Numbered from the stretch's first letter, positions 34,666-46,531 are shown. The stretch: 64,000 bases of DNA from Rebecca billardiae RCC1528 (GCA_965240325.2 OZ251222.1:2356001-2420000), one strand, 5' to 3'. Program-made: numbers and translations. Notes: generated by a model not told the origin, from the letters alone.

Positions 34666-36009
34666 ATGGGTGCTTCTTGCCGACGAGCTCTCGTGGTGTT
34701 GGCGTTTGCGTCCGCGAACTGCGCGATCGAGCCGCCTCCGATCGACGCCGACATGGCGATGGTACTTGCCGAGGCGCGGTTGCGGCTGCGCGAGGAGCTC
34801 GTGCTCGTGCACGGCCCTGTCAGCCCGCTCCCTCCCACGACGGTCGTGATCGCAGGCCTCACGCGCAAGTGCGAGGACCCGAAGATCGTGCGGAACGCCA
34901 TGCAGCCGTGCGCCGACGGTAACGCGAGTGTGCTGGCTTTGCTGCAGATGTACGACGAGGGGCGCGCGCCTGCGCAGGCCTGGTGGGGTGGCAAGCAGTA
35001 CACGGAGGACCAGGCAAACCACACTGCCTTCTCCTTTTCGGACTGCGCCCAAAACATTGTGGACGCGGTGCGTGGCACGGCATGCCGACTGATCCTCGCC
35101 CGACAGTGGTTCGCGAGCACACACCCGAGCGGTCTCGAGGTTGGCCCGTGCAGTCAGCACGCCGCGACGGCGGCGCAGGGCTCGGCAGACCCACGCGTGC
35201 GGGTGATTCTGCAGACGCTCGCTATTGGACGAGCGTACGCGTGGGCGCGGCAGCACCTGCCGCACACGTCGGTGTACGTGCGCGCGCGGCTCGATGCAGC
35301 GCTCTGTGCGCCGCCTCTGCCGCAACCCGCGCTGCGCGCGGCGCGCGCCACGCTCGTCGCGACGCTGTACGAGCAGGACTCGGTCACGGGCACGCGCTGG
35401 CTGTCGGACGCCTATGCAGCCATGTCTGCGGACGTGGCCGCACGCTACTTCGAGGCGTGGCGTGTGTGGAGGCCGTTCAACTGCTCCAATGTGTGCTACG
35501 CGGGCGCGGGCTCGAACGCGTGCGATGGGCTCAGGCCCCTGCTCTCGATGCTGTGCACGGGCGAGACGCCCCTCACTAAGTGGATGTGCGACGCGCGCTG
35601 GGGCGGTCGGGTTGGTGGGCCGGGCGGGCGCGGCGGCGGCGCCACCAACGCTGTGCACGCACTCACGCCTGACTGGCGGTTCATCGGGGATCGGAAGCTG
35701 GGGTACATGATCTTCCGCCGATGGCTTCCCCCGGTCGCATACATGGCGCGCATCTACGCCAACATGTGCCCGAGCTGCTGGCCGCAATGCGTGCATGCAC
35801 AGACAGCACGGGCATGGCTGTGTCGCGGCAACAAAGACAAAGCGCGCGACAAGTGTAAACGCTACGCCAAGATGCGACTGAACGAGCCGCGCCCGTGCCC
35901 CACGGCGTTCCACTCGGAGTTCTGCGTCTTGGACAACATGGAGCGCACAACTGACGTCGCTATCCCGCCCGCCGACCCGACGGTGAGGGTCCTCCACTCG
36001 TCAGAATGA
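34666..36009 (+). CDS. Secreted/Golgi protein, putative glycosyltransferase-like
   Basis: ATG 34666 gives a signal-like MGASCRRALVVLAFASANCA; VYVRARLD (RxRxD) and WLSDAYA motifs recall algal GT-like proteins; Cys-rich C-terminus. Function is inference. Confidence 0.6.
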   Translation: MGASCRRALVVLAFASANCAIEPPPIDADMAMVLAEARLRLREELVLVHGPVSPLPPTTVVIAGLTRKCEDPKIVRNAMQPCADGNASVLALLQMYDEGRAPAQAWWGGKQYTEDQANHTAFSFSDCAQNIVDAVRGTACRLILARQWFASTHPSGLEVGPCSQHAATAAQGSADPRVRVILQTLAIGRAYAWARQHLPHTSVYVRARLDAALCAPPLPQPALRAARATLVATLYEQDSVTGTRWLSDAYAAMSADVAARYFEAWRVWRPFNCSNVCYAGAGSNACDGLRPLLSMLCTGETPLTKWMCDARWGGRVGGPGGRGGGATNAVHALTPDWRFIGDRKLGYMIFRRWLPPVAYMARIYANMCPSCWPQCVHAQTARAWLCRGNKDKARDKCKRYAKMRLNEPRPCPTAFHSEFCVLDNMERTTDVAIPPADPTVRVLHSSE

Positions 36010-36388
36010 GCTACAGTAGCACCTGCTGGCGGGGCTCAACCGGATCTGCTGGCATTATCGACAGTAGACAATGATCGGCTACGCCGATCTTCGGGTAGTG
36101 AACAACGAAGTTGACGGCGCACGGCCCTATAGTGGCTAGTTGTCGCGTTCTGTCTTCGTCACGAATCACGCAGCTTGTGAATGTGAGCAGCAGCCGGCTT
36201 GTGACGACACGGTCGGACGGTCGGACGGTGCCATGCGCCGAATGCAGCCGAGTCACTGGCGAGTCCGACAGCCGGGCGGCGGCGCCGGGGGTGCACGCGA
36301 GCTCGCACGCGCGTTGTGTGCGCAGCCGCGCTGCGTGCAGAGCAGCCACTCAGCGCCGCGCCCGACCACTACGCGAGAAGCCGCTGCG

Positions 36389-37120
36389 TCAGCCGCGCGC
36401 AGCGGCAGCAGCGGCGCCTCCGCAGCGCGCGCCGAGCCGCCGCCTCCCGCCCGCCTCACGGCCGCGGCCGCGGCGCGCGAGCGACTTGCGGCTTGCGGCG
36501 GCGGCGGGCAGCGGCGGCGCGGCGAGCGCGCACAGCGGCCCCTCGAGCGTGCGGCCCGGAGCGCCGCCGCGTACGTCGGGTCGCGCGCCGCGCGCCGTCG
36601 CCCACACGGCAGCAGCCCCGCGTGCGCCGCCGTCTGCCACGAGGGCGCGGGGCACGGTGGTGCACACATTTTGGAGGCGCGCGCCGTCGAGGCGCGGGAC
36701 GGGCGGGAGGGCGGACGGGGGCGGGAGGAGCGGCGGCGGCGGCGGCGGCGCGTTGCGCGAGCCGCAGCGTACGCCCGCGCCGATCTTGAATCTCGACGGC
36801 GGCGGTGCGGCGGCCGTGGCGGCGCGTGCGCGCGCGTTGACCAACGGCGGCAGCAGCTGCGCCACCTCGTACGCGCGCAGCATCGGCGCGTCCGGTCGCA
36901 TCACCTGCAGTCGGCCGCCAGCAGCGGCCGAGGCGGCGGCGGCACGCGGGCGGCCGCCGCCGGCGAGGGTGAGGACGGACATGCCATCCGGCGCACCTCC
37001 CTCGACTGCGCCGCCACCATCGCCCTCGCTCCCTTCAGCCGCCGCCCTCGACGCCTCCGCCTCCGCCTCCGCCGCACCGACGCCGCGGCGCCCGCACCAC
37101 ACAGCCACGAGCCCTTGCAC
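36389..37120 (-). CDS. Hypothetical protein (Ala/Gly/Pro-rich, boundaries uncertain, possibly spliced)
   Basis: 243-aa ORF with some globular-looking stretches (RLQVMRPDAPMLRAYEVAQLLPPLV); no family recognised. Confidence 0.35.
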   Translation of the reverse strand: MQGLVAVWCGRRGVGAAEAEAEASRAAAEGSEGDGGGAVEGGAPDGMSVLTLAGGGRPRAAAASAAAGGRLQVMRPDAPMLRAYEVAQLLPPLVNARARAATAAAPPPSRFKIGAGVRCGSRNAPPPPPPLLPPPSALPPVPRLDGARLQNVCTTVPRALVADGGARGAAAVWATARGARPDVRGGAPGRTLEGPLCALAAPPLPAAAASRKSLARRGRGREAGGRRRLGARCGGAAAAAARG

Positions 37121-37755
37121 CGATCGCGCGTCTCCTCACGCGCAAACTTTTCGCGATCATCAGAGTCTGTCCAGGACTGCGGTACAGAGAGCTCTTATTG
37201 ATTGCAGATAGAGCACAACGCGTCGATTGACACCCGCATTGGCTTTGAATCAGTTTGCAATAAGGGGTGAGGAATCTTGAAAGTGACAATCGCAATCACT
37301 TGCCCTTTCCCCTCAGGCTGTCTAGGACACACTGATGACCACACTTCTTTCATCAGAGAGCTCTTAATCCTCGCAGATAGAGATTTCGAATCCCACCCGC
37401 ATTGGGCCAAGAAGGCCACGGCCATTTGTGCTATTCAGCGAGGGAATTGTCCTATTAGTATCTATGCCTGCAGAAAGAGATTAATACGAGCAGGGGAATC
37501 GGATAGTACGAACGCAATCAAGCGTCATCAAGGGGGTTGAATGCCATTCACTAGCAGCTCTCCCCCTGCTACAAGTACAAAATCCCCACCAGCATCACGC
37601 GCGCCATAATCTTTTTTGATTTTGCGGAGCACGTGCGCCGCCCCCCCCGGCTTTCGCTCACGCTCAGACCTTTCGGGGGGGGGCGTGCGCCATAAGCTAG
37701 TAGTTAGCTTAGTAATGTAGCTAGCAGTCGTAAGCTACAATACTGCTACTTATTC

Positions 37756-37778
37756 TATATATATATATATATATATAT
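37756..37778. repeat. (TA)n microsatellite
   Basis: Seen directly. Confidence 0.9.
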
Positions 37779-37894
37779 GTGTGTCTGTGTGTCGTATAGT
37801 ATATTATATACTATCACACACCCATATATATATTTAACGACGTGGCAGCATCGGACAAGCGTCAGGCTCAGAGTGCAACAGACACATATATGTG

Positions 37895-39879
37895 TAAACT
37901 TTTCTGAGGATAGCGCACCAGCAATTTCCCTTGACCGCCATCCGGGCCGAAGTGGCGCAAAATGGCGGATGCCCCGTTTGGGCGCCCTTCCGCGCCTTCG
38001 AGCGGCTCGTGCGCGTCGGGAAGTGCGCCAAAGCGTATCCGGAGCATGCTCCATCGCCGAGTCGCACCGCTGGGCCCTCGCATGCGAGCCCACGCCGACG
38101 TCTGAGTGCGCCTCGCTGCGCACGGTACAGCTTGACGGTACACGGCACGATTCGGCCCGCGAGCAGCCTCGTGCGCGCGACCGAGCCAGAGGTGGTCGTC
38201 AAGAGTAGCACGAGCGGCGGCACACGAGCGGGGCTGGTCGTTGCCGAATATCTGACGCACCAATCGACCTCGCTCAGCGCCATATGCTCGTTTGTGCACG
38301 TGTTGGAAAGGATGAGCAGCTGCGTGCAAACGCCCAGCGCGCAGATGAAGCGTGGGCGAGCGAAGGGGCGGCGAGGGCCGGCGCGTGCGCGCGCGTAAAT
38401 TCGAGCCTCCCCATACGCATCGAAACACACCGCGCTCGCTCGTCGAGCTGCGCACGGGTATCGGTGCGCGCGCGCCAACGCGGCGCGCCGTGCTCGAGCC
38501 CGGCGGATGCACACCTGCTTGCGCGCGCACGCGCGCGTGATGGACCGAGGAGGTCGCGCGAGCATGCGCGATGTGTCTGGATGGAGCGTGTAGGAGGCGT
38601 AGACTGCGCTCCGCACGCGCTCCGCCACCGTGCACCGCGCTGCCCCTCGCCCACGCGGTCGCCGCCGAGCCCAGATTCAAACGCGTGCGAGCGCTCGAGC
38701 GCACCTCCGAGCAGCAGTCGCAGCTATCGTGTCGAAGGCGTGGCGAGAGGCAGATGTGCATGGCAAGTCGCGCAATGGGGGTGCCCATCACGCGCACACA
38801 CTCGCGCACGCTCGCCGCACCACCTCGTCGCGCCCACGTGCAGCGCGCGGGGCGCGCTTCGCGCCCGGAGCAGCTGCCGAGCGGCTCCCGCGCGCAGTGC
38901 GCGCGTCGAGTAGGGCTCAGCCAATGGTCCGAGGGCGAGCCGCCCGAGCGTCGTGCGTGACGCACATGGACCTAGTACAACGCCGCGTACCACTCGCTGC
39001 CACCATAGGGCCCGTACCAGCGAGCTGTAGCCGCCGCAGACACCCAAAAGCTGCCCAACGGTCAGCGCGCGACAGCCGACGAGCGCCCGACGCGCGCGTC
39101 CACCACCGCGATGAGCACGGACGAGCGCGCGCGCCCGTGTCGTAGCTTAGATGGGGTCCCCCGATCGCACGCACCACCGCGCTGCCACGCCTTCGACCAT
39201 CTTGTGTCACCATGTGGCCGCTCGCCGCTCGCGCCGAGCGGCTGGCGGCGCAGCTGCACGACCGGCAAACAGTCAGCGCGCGGCAAGGGTGGAGTCCGGC
39301 GAGGGTCGGCCGGACTGTCCGGCGCCACCAAGGTGGACCGCGCGGTGATCACCGACGCGCTCGTCACCACGCTCGAGGCCATGGAGGCCGCCCAGGAGGA
39401 GAAATGCTCACTGCGTCTGCCTGTGCACAGCCTTTGCAGTGCTCCTTTGCACGCGCACGCAGCGGCGAAGAGCGAAAGCGTTTATCGGGACCTAGTCCGG
39501 GGCTCAAGGGTACCACCATCAAAGAATGGAATGCGCGCAAAGGTCCCGATACAAATATTTTGTGTCGCCCGTGCCGCGCGCGCGCGAGCACGGTCAATGC
39601 GGCTCCTTGCACATCTGCTGCAGATCGGCTCGTGCGCGACGAGCGCAGCGAGGAGGAAGGTGCGCGCTCGCGAGCTGGCGCACCTGGGAGTCCTCGCGGC
39701 CTCCGAGCAGAAAGAGCGCGTCGAGCGCCGCGGCGCAGGTCGCACGGTCGCGATCTCGCGAGAGCGGTCGTGCGACGACGGGCCACTCCATCGCGCGTTT
39801 CGCCGTCTGAACGCGGCCTCCGTAAAATCCGGATGGCGGTCAAGGGAAATTGCTGGTGCGCTATCCTCAGAAAAGTTTA
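37895..39879. mobile_element. Non-autonomous TIR DNA transposon (~2 kb), probable TA target duplication
   Basis: Perfect 51-bp inverted repeats TAAACTTTTCTGAGGATAGCGCACCAGCAATTTCCCTTGACCGCCATCCGG at 37895-37945 and 39829-39879; GC-rich interior in AT-rich flanks; no transposase recognised. Confidence 0.85.
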
Positions 39880-41681
39880 ATCATATATCTTACTTCGTTA
39901 ATATATCTTACTTCTAAGCAGAGTCGTCGCGTACTTATTATTACTAAATACTAATACTGAGTCCGTGTAACGGAGTGATGCGCTCGCCGTAAGTATAAAG
40001 TATAAGCATCACCTATGACAGCCGCCGTATATAGCCCTGAAAATAGCAGCAGGCTAATATGACCGCGTTCCGCGGTCCTTTTCTGCGTAGAATCAACGCA
40101 GTTGGGGGCCCGCGGTGGCCGTGCAATCGCGGCTCTCCGCCGTAGTCGTGGCAGTCCGCCAGTTGAAGTCGGTTCTGAGATGACTGAAGCTATTAGTCCG
40201 ACCGTCGCCCTGCCTGCGACCGCGAGACTCATCATTCACACTTCACACAATCACAGCAGCGGACCGGAGACCGCACCCGGCACCCGTCAAATCGGACGTC
40301 CGTCTGACAACTAGCTGCCAAATGTCCAACTGGCTGATCAGCTCGGATCCGACCCGTTCGCGATCGTGCCATCGGCATCGGACGTCCGTCTGACAACTAT
40401 TATTACTAGCTGCCTGCTGAAACTGTCCAACTCTGGCTGATCAGCTCGGATCCGACCCGTCCGCGACTCGTGCCGAGTGAGTCGTGCCGCGGAGCTCGGA
40501 GTACTGAAGGAGTCGGGTGTGACAGCAGGGTGCTTTAGCGCTGCGGCCCGTGCCAGCCAACGACCAGACGTACTCTGGCCACTTGACCCGTTGCACGGGT
40601 GAGAGTGACCGTACTCGCCCTGCTAGGTACCGCGCGCGCCGCGCGACTCGGGCCCGGGGTGATGGAGAGCGGATGGCGACAGCAGCAGCAGTCCTCATGA
40701 AGACGATGAAGCTGGCAGCACGGGTGCACGAGGTGGCAGGCGAAAACGCGCCGACGAGACCGCATTTGACACACCTGAGCCGCACGCGCGTGCCGTCGCC
40801 GAGCGCGAGCGCTGCCGAAACAAACGCAACGCTACCGCGCGCGCCACGACGGCGCGGCACTAGCTAGCTGATGCAGGCCGTACTGCCGGCACTGCTTCTG
40901 CGATCATGCGCCACGGTCGCAGCTGACTGCGTGAGCAGCAAGCGGGAGGCGGGTCCGGAGGCACGTGCAGGCGCGCTCGCAGCCAGGGGTTGGTCCCACC
41001 CATCCGCCATCGTGCGGGGCACGTCACCTCCGATCCGGATGTGGCCCAGTCCGGACGTCACGCGATCCGGGACGACGAATACGATTCGTCGCTCGTAACG
41101 AACCGTTACGTTAAAGTCACGTCCGGCTCACGTCCGGATCGCACTTTACTTAGGGAATATCGTGGGCGCAGTGTTTTCTCGATCGCCGAATGAACGTCTC
41201 TATGCGGTCTCAAAAATCGAAACTCGGTCTCCACCTGCCTGAAAATCGCCCCGGCCCCGTCCCTTATTTCTTTGGTCAAACATCTTTTTGATACGTAGTT
41301 AGGGCCCGCACTGCGGGCTCCACGCTGCGCGCTCCGCCCTGCACCGCGGGCCAAGACGGCGGATGCTGATCGAGTTATAAGTATATAGCTAGGGGGACAG
41401 GGCTGCCGGTGGCAGCGCACTGCTGACCTGGTTGGAAGGCGCGGACGCATTATTCTATGTGTCCGTGCAGGCGTGCGCTGCACTCTGAGCCTGCTGACGC
41501 TTGCCCGTTGCATATGATACTGATTACTGTCACGTCGTTCAATCTAGAGAGAGAGCGAGAGCGAGAGAGAGAGAGTCGCGTCGTAGTTATTAGTGCTAAA
41601 AATACTGCTCCGCCTACGAATTATGACTACCCCCATGTACAATAAATCATGCTGCACGCTGAGGCCTGAGCCTGAAGAAGT

Positions 41682-42851
41682 TCAGACTTCGACAGCAGTG
41701 AGTTGGGGGGGGTACTCATAGCCAAAGCACTCATAGTCCTGCCTGTAGTAGCTTGCAAGCTGCAAGAGGAGTTCGTCGTGATGACGAGATGACCCGGAAC
41801 GATCCATCGTAGCCGGGTCACTCGGGAGATGCCCAGCATTCTTGTCGCTCATTGACGCCGCTGCACGTGTTTGGGTGCGGCCCGCCGCAGAGTCCGACAA
41901 GCCACGCCGTGCTGCTGTGGCGATCCCAGTGTGTTCGCTCATGCTAGTCAGCACGTGCCGCAGCTTGGTCGAGGTCGTCTTACCTCGATTCAGTCGAGCC
42001 GCGAGACTCCCGCGCGGCTGGCCGCGCGCCAGCAGCTGGCCGTATCGCCGCTCGAATTCGCTGACTCCGGCCTCCAGCTGCTCGACACGGATTGCGGCGG
42101 TGAGTGCATACGGGTAGATGGAGACAAAGAAGGCCTGGGAGAAGGCGTGCATGAGGTGTCGGCGGATGAGAGGAGACGAGCGCTTGTGCGCGGCAGCGGT
42201 CGTGGCTAGCCCGCCATTGCACAGCCACTGCACGTACCCATGGAGTGCGGCATGCGGATCGCGCGCGTACAGCCAGCCCGGGCATGATGCGTTCCAGAGC
42301 TGCTGGTCCAGGCTGCCACCTTTGCGTCGGTGCGCATCCTGGCACGCGCTTGACATGCGCTTGCGTACGGTGTCGTAGGCCGAGAGCGCGCGGTCGAGCG
42401 GATCGCGCACAAGAGCCAACGCGGGGACGGTCTGCCCATGAGCGGATCGACGCTCAAGCTCGGCCAGGAAGCCCCGCTTGCGCGAGGGGGACATTGTACG
42501 AGACACCGCCAGGGCGTGCTTGAAGGTTGTGGATGCACACTTTGGCACCTCGACGTAGACGCTGGCGCCTGCGCGCGTGGCGTTGAGCTTGCGACCGTAC
42601 GGGCTCAGAAACAAGCCCGTCCGGCGGACGAGATGATGCGTGACTTCATCCTCGACGACAACCATGTCGCGCGCATGCGCTGCATGTGGTGGTGCGTGCT
42701 GTCCAAAGAAGAAGCGGCAGGCTGGGCTGATGCGTGGATCGACAGCCATGTATGATGGTCCGCGCACAGACCCAGAAGTCGCGCTGTTATATGGCTCTGA
42801 CGTGGAGAACACGGCGATGAGGAGGCCCCCAATGAGGCCGCCATTCCTCAT
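41682..42851 (-). CDS. Membrane-anchored carbohydrate sulfotransferase (Sulfotransfer_2-like)
   Basis: N-terminal anchor, 5'-PSB motif VPKCASTT, 3'-PB motif VRDPLDRALSAY and C-terminal YYRQDYECFGY. Confidence 0.88.
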   Translation of the reverse strand: MRNGGLIGGLLIAVFSTSEPYNSATSGSVRGPSYMAVDPRISPACRFFFGQHAPPHAAHARDMVVVEDEVTHHLVRRTGLFLSPYGRKLNATRAGASVYVEVPKCASTTFKHALAVSRTMSPSRKRGFLAELERRSAHGQTVPALALVRDPLDRALSAYDTVRKRMSSACQDAHRRKGGSLDQQLWNASCPGWLYARDPHAALHGYVQWLCNGGLATTAAAHKRSSPLIRRHLMHAFSQAFFVSIYPYALTAAIRVEQLEAGVSEFERRYGQLLARGQPRGSLAARLNRGKTTSTKLRHVLTSMSEHTGIATAARRGLSDSAAGRTQTRAAASMSDKNAGHLPSDPATMDRSGSSRHHDELLLQLASYYRQDYECFGYEYPPQLTAVEV

Positions 42852-44001
42852 GAGGCGGGCGACTCCATGCTGATGCTCACACTGTACTCATTCTACGGTT
42901 TACCATTATTATGGTTGTATAACCGCTCGGTTATGCGGGTATAACTCACCGGTAGCCCTCATGAGGGCGGGCTGGCAGCCAGGGTCCGGCTGCCTGGAGG
43001 TTTTCCGGTCGTCAAGCCGAGCCAGGCCCGGATTGGGCGCGGGTCTGGATTTGCTCAGCAGCTGCTCGGCAAGCGATGCGCGTCTGGGTGCGGCCGCGCT
43101 CGCTGGCTGCACCCGCGGCGCTGCGGCCGGCGTGGCTGCTCTGGTCACCGCTGCGCTGGTGGCTGCTCCTCCTCTGGGAAGAGACGCACACAGCTCAGGC
43201 AGGCGACGACAGGCAGTAAAGTACAGTTACAAAGTACAGATCGAGTGTACTGTGCAGATACTGGGGCCGCGCCTGGCCCTGCTCACAAGGTGTACTGTAT
43301 GTGTTCGAGGCAGGCAAAGGCTCTGTGCCACAACCGGGGTAGGTGGCGGCAGCCAGGGGCTGGCGGCAGCCGAGAGGGGCCGCTTTCCCCCGCCCCGCTG
43401 CTGCGAAGGCGGCGGGGGTGCGCTGCGCTTGCCTCCGCAGGCCAAGGGGGTTCAATCAACGCAGGCGAGCAGCGCGCAGTTTACGCCGGGCATGTGGACC
43501 TGCCCACCCTTCATCTTCCAGTTCGGCTTCCCTTCGGCTGGGGCTCGATCAGTCGACGCGGCGTCGCTCACAGCGCAGGCAGGTGTTTGGCGCGGCTGCA
43601 CTCTCGAGGTGGCTGGGATACGACATCCAGGTGCAGCACCCTCCCCGTGTGGTGTCAGAGCGCACTCTGACTCTCCGGAGCGCGTGCCTCCGAGCGCGGG
43701 GCGGCCGCTTGCTGCAATGGCCGCCTCGATGAGGTGCGGCAACGCGCCCCTCACCTGCCTGTGCCGGTCTGTTTTGTGGCGGTGTCTTTGTGCAGTGTTG
43801 GATGGCGTCAATCACGCCTTAACCAAGTGTGCACGTTAAAACATAGTAGTAAACTGTAGTAGCGCTGCACTCGTCACTACTGCATCACCTCAGCCGACGC
43901 GGCACACGCGGCCGTCAACAGCGTGTGATTGCGACGTGACGGGATGGCGGGCGAAAGCATCACTGTGGAAGTACTCTGAGTACTGGCAGGCTGCTCAGAA
44001 C

Positions 44002-44580
44002 TCAGAAGTTGTCCCTTGGGGCCTTGATGGGCAAACTCTTCCCGTCCGCACTCATGACGCCCTCGAGCGGAGTCCACGTTGGCTCCACAACATCGTCCTG
44101 GCCGAACCGACTGATGGGGCGCGGAACAGTTGCCTCGGTGGGCCGCAGCTTGAGCACGACGTCAACGCAGCCGTATCGGCCGTCGTTCGAGCCAATGGCT
44201 CCCATGACACCGTCGAACGACATCGACGTGCACGTAATCATCTGCCTTTCCCAGTTGGTGAATCCCGCGCCGCGCTTGTCTTTGAATATGACAGCAGAGG
44301 TCGCCACAAGCTCGTCACCCACGCACACGCGCCCGTTTGAGTCCGCATTGCCACCTTGAAGCAACTCGGCGACACGCACACCTTTCTCTTCGCCGGCCAC
44401 GTTCTCCTCAAAGACGATGCCCAGCGGCTTGTTCAGTCGCACCGTGTACTCGCCAGCTGCGCGAACACGAGACCGTGGCGCGACTGAACGGCGGGCTGCG
44501 GTTGTGGGCTGCAACGAGGCAATGGTCGCCGTGCAGCAAGGCAGGACGAGCAGGGCGACTCTCGCCACGCGGAGCAACAT
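44002..44580 (-). CDS. PDZ-domain protein, probably plastid-targeted
   Basis: Signal+transit-like N-terminus (MLLRVARVALLVLPCCTA...), PDZ motifs KPLGIVFEE, GGNA and VCVGDELVA. Confidence 0.8.
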   Translation of the reverse strand: MLLRVARVALLVLPCCTATIASLQPTTAARRSVAPRSRVRAAGEYTVRLNKPLGIVFEENVAGEEKGVRVAELLQGGNADSNGRVCVGDELVATSAVIFKDKRGAGFTNWERQMITCTSMSFDGVMGAIGSNDGRYGCVDVVLKLRPTEATVPRPISRFGQDDVVEPTWTPLEGVMSADGKSLPIKAPRDNF

Positions 44581-44725
44581 GTGCGGTGAGGCGGGTTGAC
44601 TCCGCAGGCGCGTTCGCCCTCGTCCGCACGCGGGAGTCGAGAGGAATCCTGTGATCCGGCCGCGGGTAAACTTGGGAAACCGCCGTGCTCTTGACACTTG
44701 TTCTTGTACTACTACAGTACGCACG

Positions 44726-46531
44726 ATGGAGGCCGCGCTCGGCGAGGCCGCCTTCACAGTTGACGATGCGCTAGACATGATCCCCTTGGGGCGCTTCCAT
44801 GTGAAGCTCTTCGTTGTCTGTGGATTCGCGTGGATGGTTGACGCGATGGAAGTGCTGCTTCTCGCGTTCGTGGGGCCGGCCGTACGCTGCGAGTGGGGCG
44901 TGACCGACTTTCAGGCGGCGATGATGGCCACGATTGTGTTTGCGGGCATGTCGGTGGGGAGTGTCTTCTGGGGGGCCGTCGCCGATGCCTACGGGCGGCG
45001 CACGTCGCTGCTGATCTCCACCGCCGTCATCTTCGTGGCGGGGCTTGCGTGCGCCTTCGCACCCTCGTTTGGCGCTTTGCTCACTGCGCGCATGGTGGTC
45101 GGCATCGGCGTCTCGGGCGTGCCGGTCGCCTTCAGCCTGCTCATGGAGTTCCTGCCGGTGAAGGCGCGTGGGCGGCTCGGGATCGCGCTGTGCTTCTGGT
45201 GGTCGGCCGGCGCCATGGCCGAGGCGGGCTTGGCGCGGCTCGTGATGCCGACGCTCGGCTGGCGCTGGCTCCTTGCGCTCTCAACGTTCCCTGTGGTGTT
45301 CCTGCTGCTGCTCGCGCCGTGCATCCCCGAGTCCGCACGCTTCTACGCGTCGCAGGGGCGGATGGAGGAAGCGGAGCGCGTCGTAAAGGCAGCGATGGAG
45401 GCGAACGGCGTCACGATGCCCGCCCGCGAGCTGCAGCGACCAGCGCGCACGCAGGCGGACACGAGCGCATCTGTGGCGGACCTCTTTGCGCCAGGCCTGC
45501 GCCGACTGACGATCTCCCAATGGGCCCTCTGGTTCTGCGGCGCGTTCAGCTACTACGGCTCCGTGCTCCTCACCACCGAGCTGCTCTCCGCAGACCCCTG
45601 CTCATACCGCCACGCGTCGCCCGTGGACAATGCCGAGCAAGACGTCTGCAGGCCGCTCACCGACGAAGATTACAACGCCAACTTTGTCGCGACTGCCGGA
45701 GAGCTCCCTGGCCTCCTGCTGACGTTCATGGTGATCGACGTGATAGGTCGAAGGCGAACGATCGGTTGGCCCAGCTTGCTCCTCGCGCTCGCGCTGGCCC
45801 TCATCATCCCGTGCACGGCGGGCACATTCCAGGATGCCATGCTGTTCATCATGCGCGCAACAGTTGCGTCCCTCTTTCAGGCCATGTACGTGTACACGGG
45901 CGAGGTGTACCCATCGAGCGTGCGCGCGCTGGGCATCGGCTGGTGCTGCTCGTTCTCTCGGCTGGGCGGCATGAGCACGCCGTTCGTGGCGCAGGTGCTG
46001 AGCCGCACCTCGACGCGCTTCGCACTCGCCGTGTACTCTTTCGTGGCACTAGTGTGCGCAGCCCTGGCGTTCACTCTGCAGATCGAGACAACAGGGCGAC
46101 CGATGCTCGACACGGTCGACCAGCTGCTCGAGGAGCTCGGCCGGCACAGCAGCAGCAAGAAGCCCTCGCGATGGCTGGCGCTCGCTGTGCCCGAGCCCTC
46201 GGCAGCCACCTCGGCCGGAGACTCCAGGGGGCGAGGGGCGCCTGGCGTGTGGAATGGCACGAGAGCGCAGCCCGAGCATGGCACGAGCGAAATGCAGCCA
46301 GCAGACTTGTCAACGGCTGGCAGTCCCGCACGGCATCCTGTCTCTGCCGAGCCTGGCTCATCCGGGGGCAAGGTGGCCGTCGCACGCGATGCAGAGGCTC
46401 GCCCCGCACTTGACGTGTGGCGGAACGCCACAGCAAGCCGAGAAGCACAGCCAGCACATGCACAGGTCGAGCTGCAGCCAGCAGCAGAATCGTCACCGGC
46501 GGATGGAGCGGCACTGAGTCCGACATCCTGA
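44726..46531 (+). CDS. MFS transporter, SVOP / organic cation transporter-like
   Basis: AWMVDAMEVLLL, ADAYGRR, IPESARF, DVIGRRRT and YTGEVYPSSVRALGIG; about 12 hydrophobic segments. Confidence 0.93.
   Translation: MEAALGEAAFTVDDALDMIPLGRFHVKLFVVCGFAWMVDAMEVLLLAFVGPAVRCEWGVTDFQAAMMATIVFAGMSVGSVFWGAVADAYGRRTSLLISTAVIFVAGLACAFAPSFGALLTARMVVGIGVSGVPVAFSLLMEFLPVKARGRLGIALCFWWSAGAMAEAGLARLVMPTLGWRWLLALSTFPVVFLLLLAPCIPESARFYASQGRMEEAERVVKAAMEANGVTMPARELQRPARTQADTSASVADLFAPGLRRLTISQWALWFCGAFSYYGSVLLTTELLSADPCSYRHASPVDNAEQDVCRPLTDEDYNANFVATAGELPGLLLTFMVIDVIGRRRTIGWPSLLLALALALIIPCTAGTFQDAMLFIMRATVASLFQAMYVYTGEVYPSSVRALGIGWCCSFSRLGGMSTPFVAQVLSRTSTRFALAVYSFVALVCAALAFTLQIETTGRPMLDTVDQLLEELGRHSSSKKPSRWLALAVPEPSAATSAGDSRGRGAPGVWNGTRAQPEHGTSEMQPADLSTAGSPARHPVSAEPGSSGGKVAVARDAEARPALDVWRNATASREAQPAHAQVELQPAAESSPADGAALSPTS

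Noticed and set aside
42909-43839. Possible gene between the sulfotransferase and PDZ genes
   Set aside because: Only low-complexity ORFs on both strands; I could not build a convincing model, though a spliced gene may exist.
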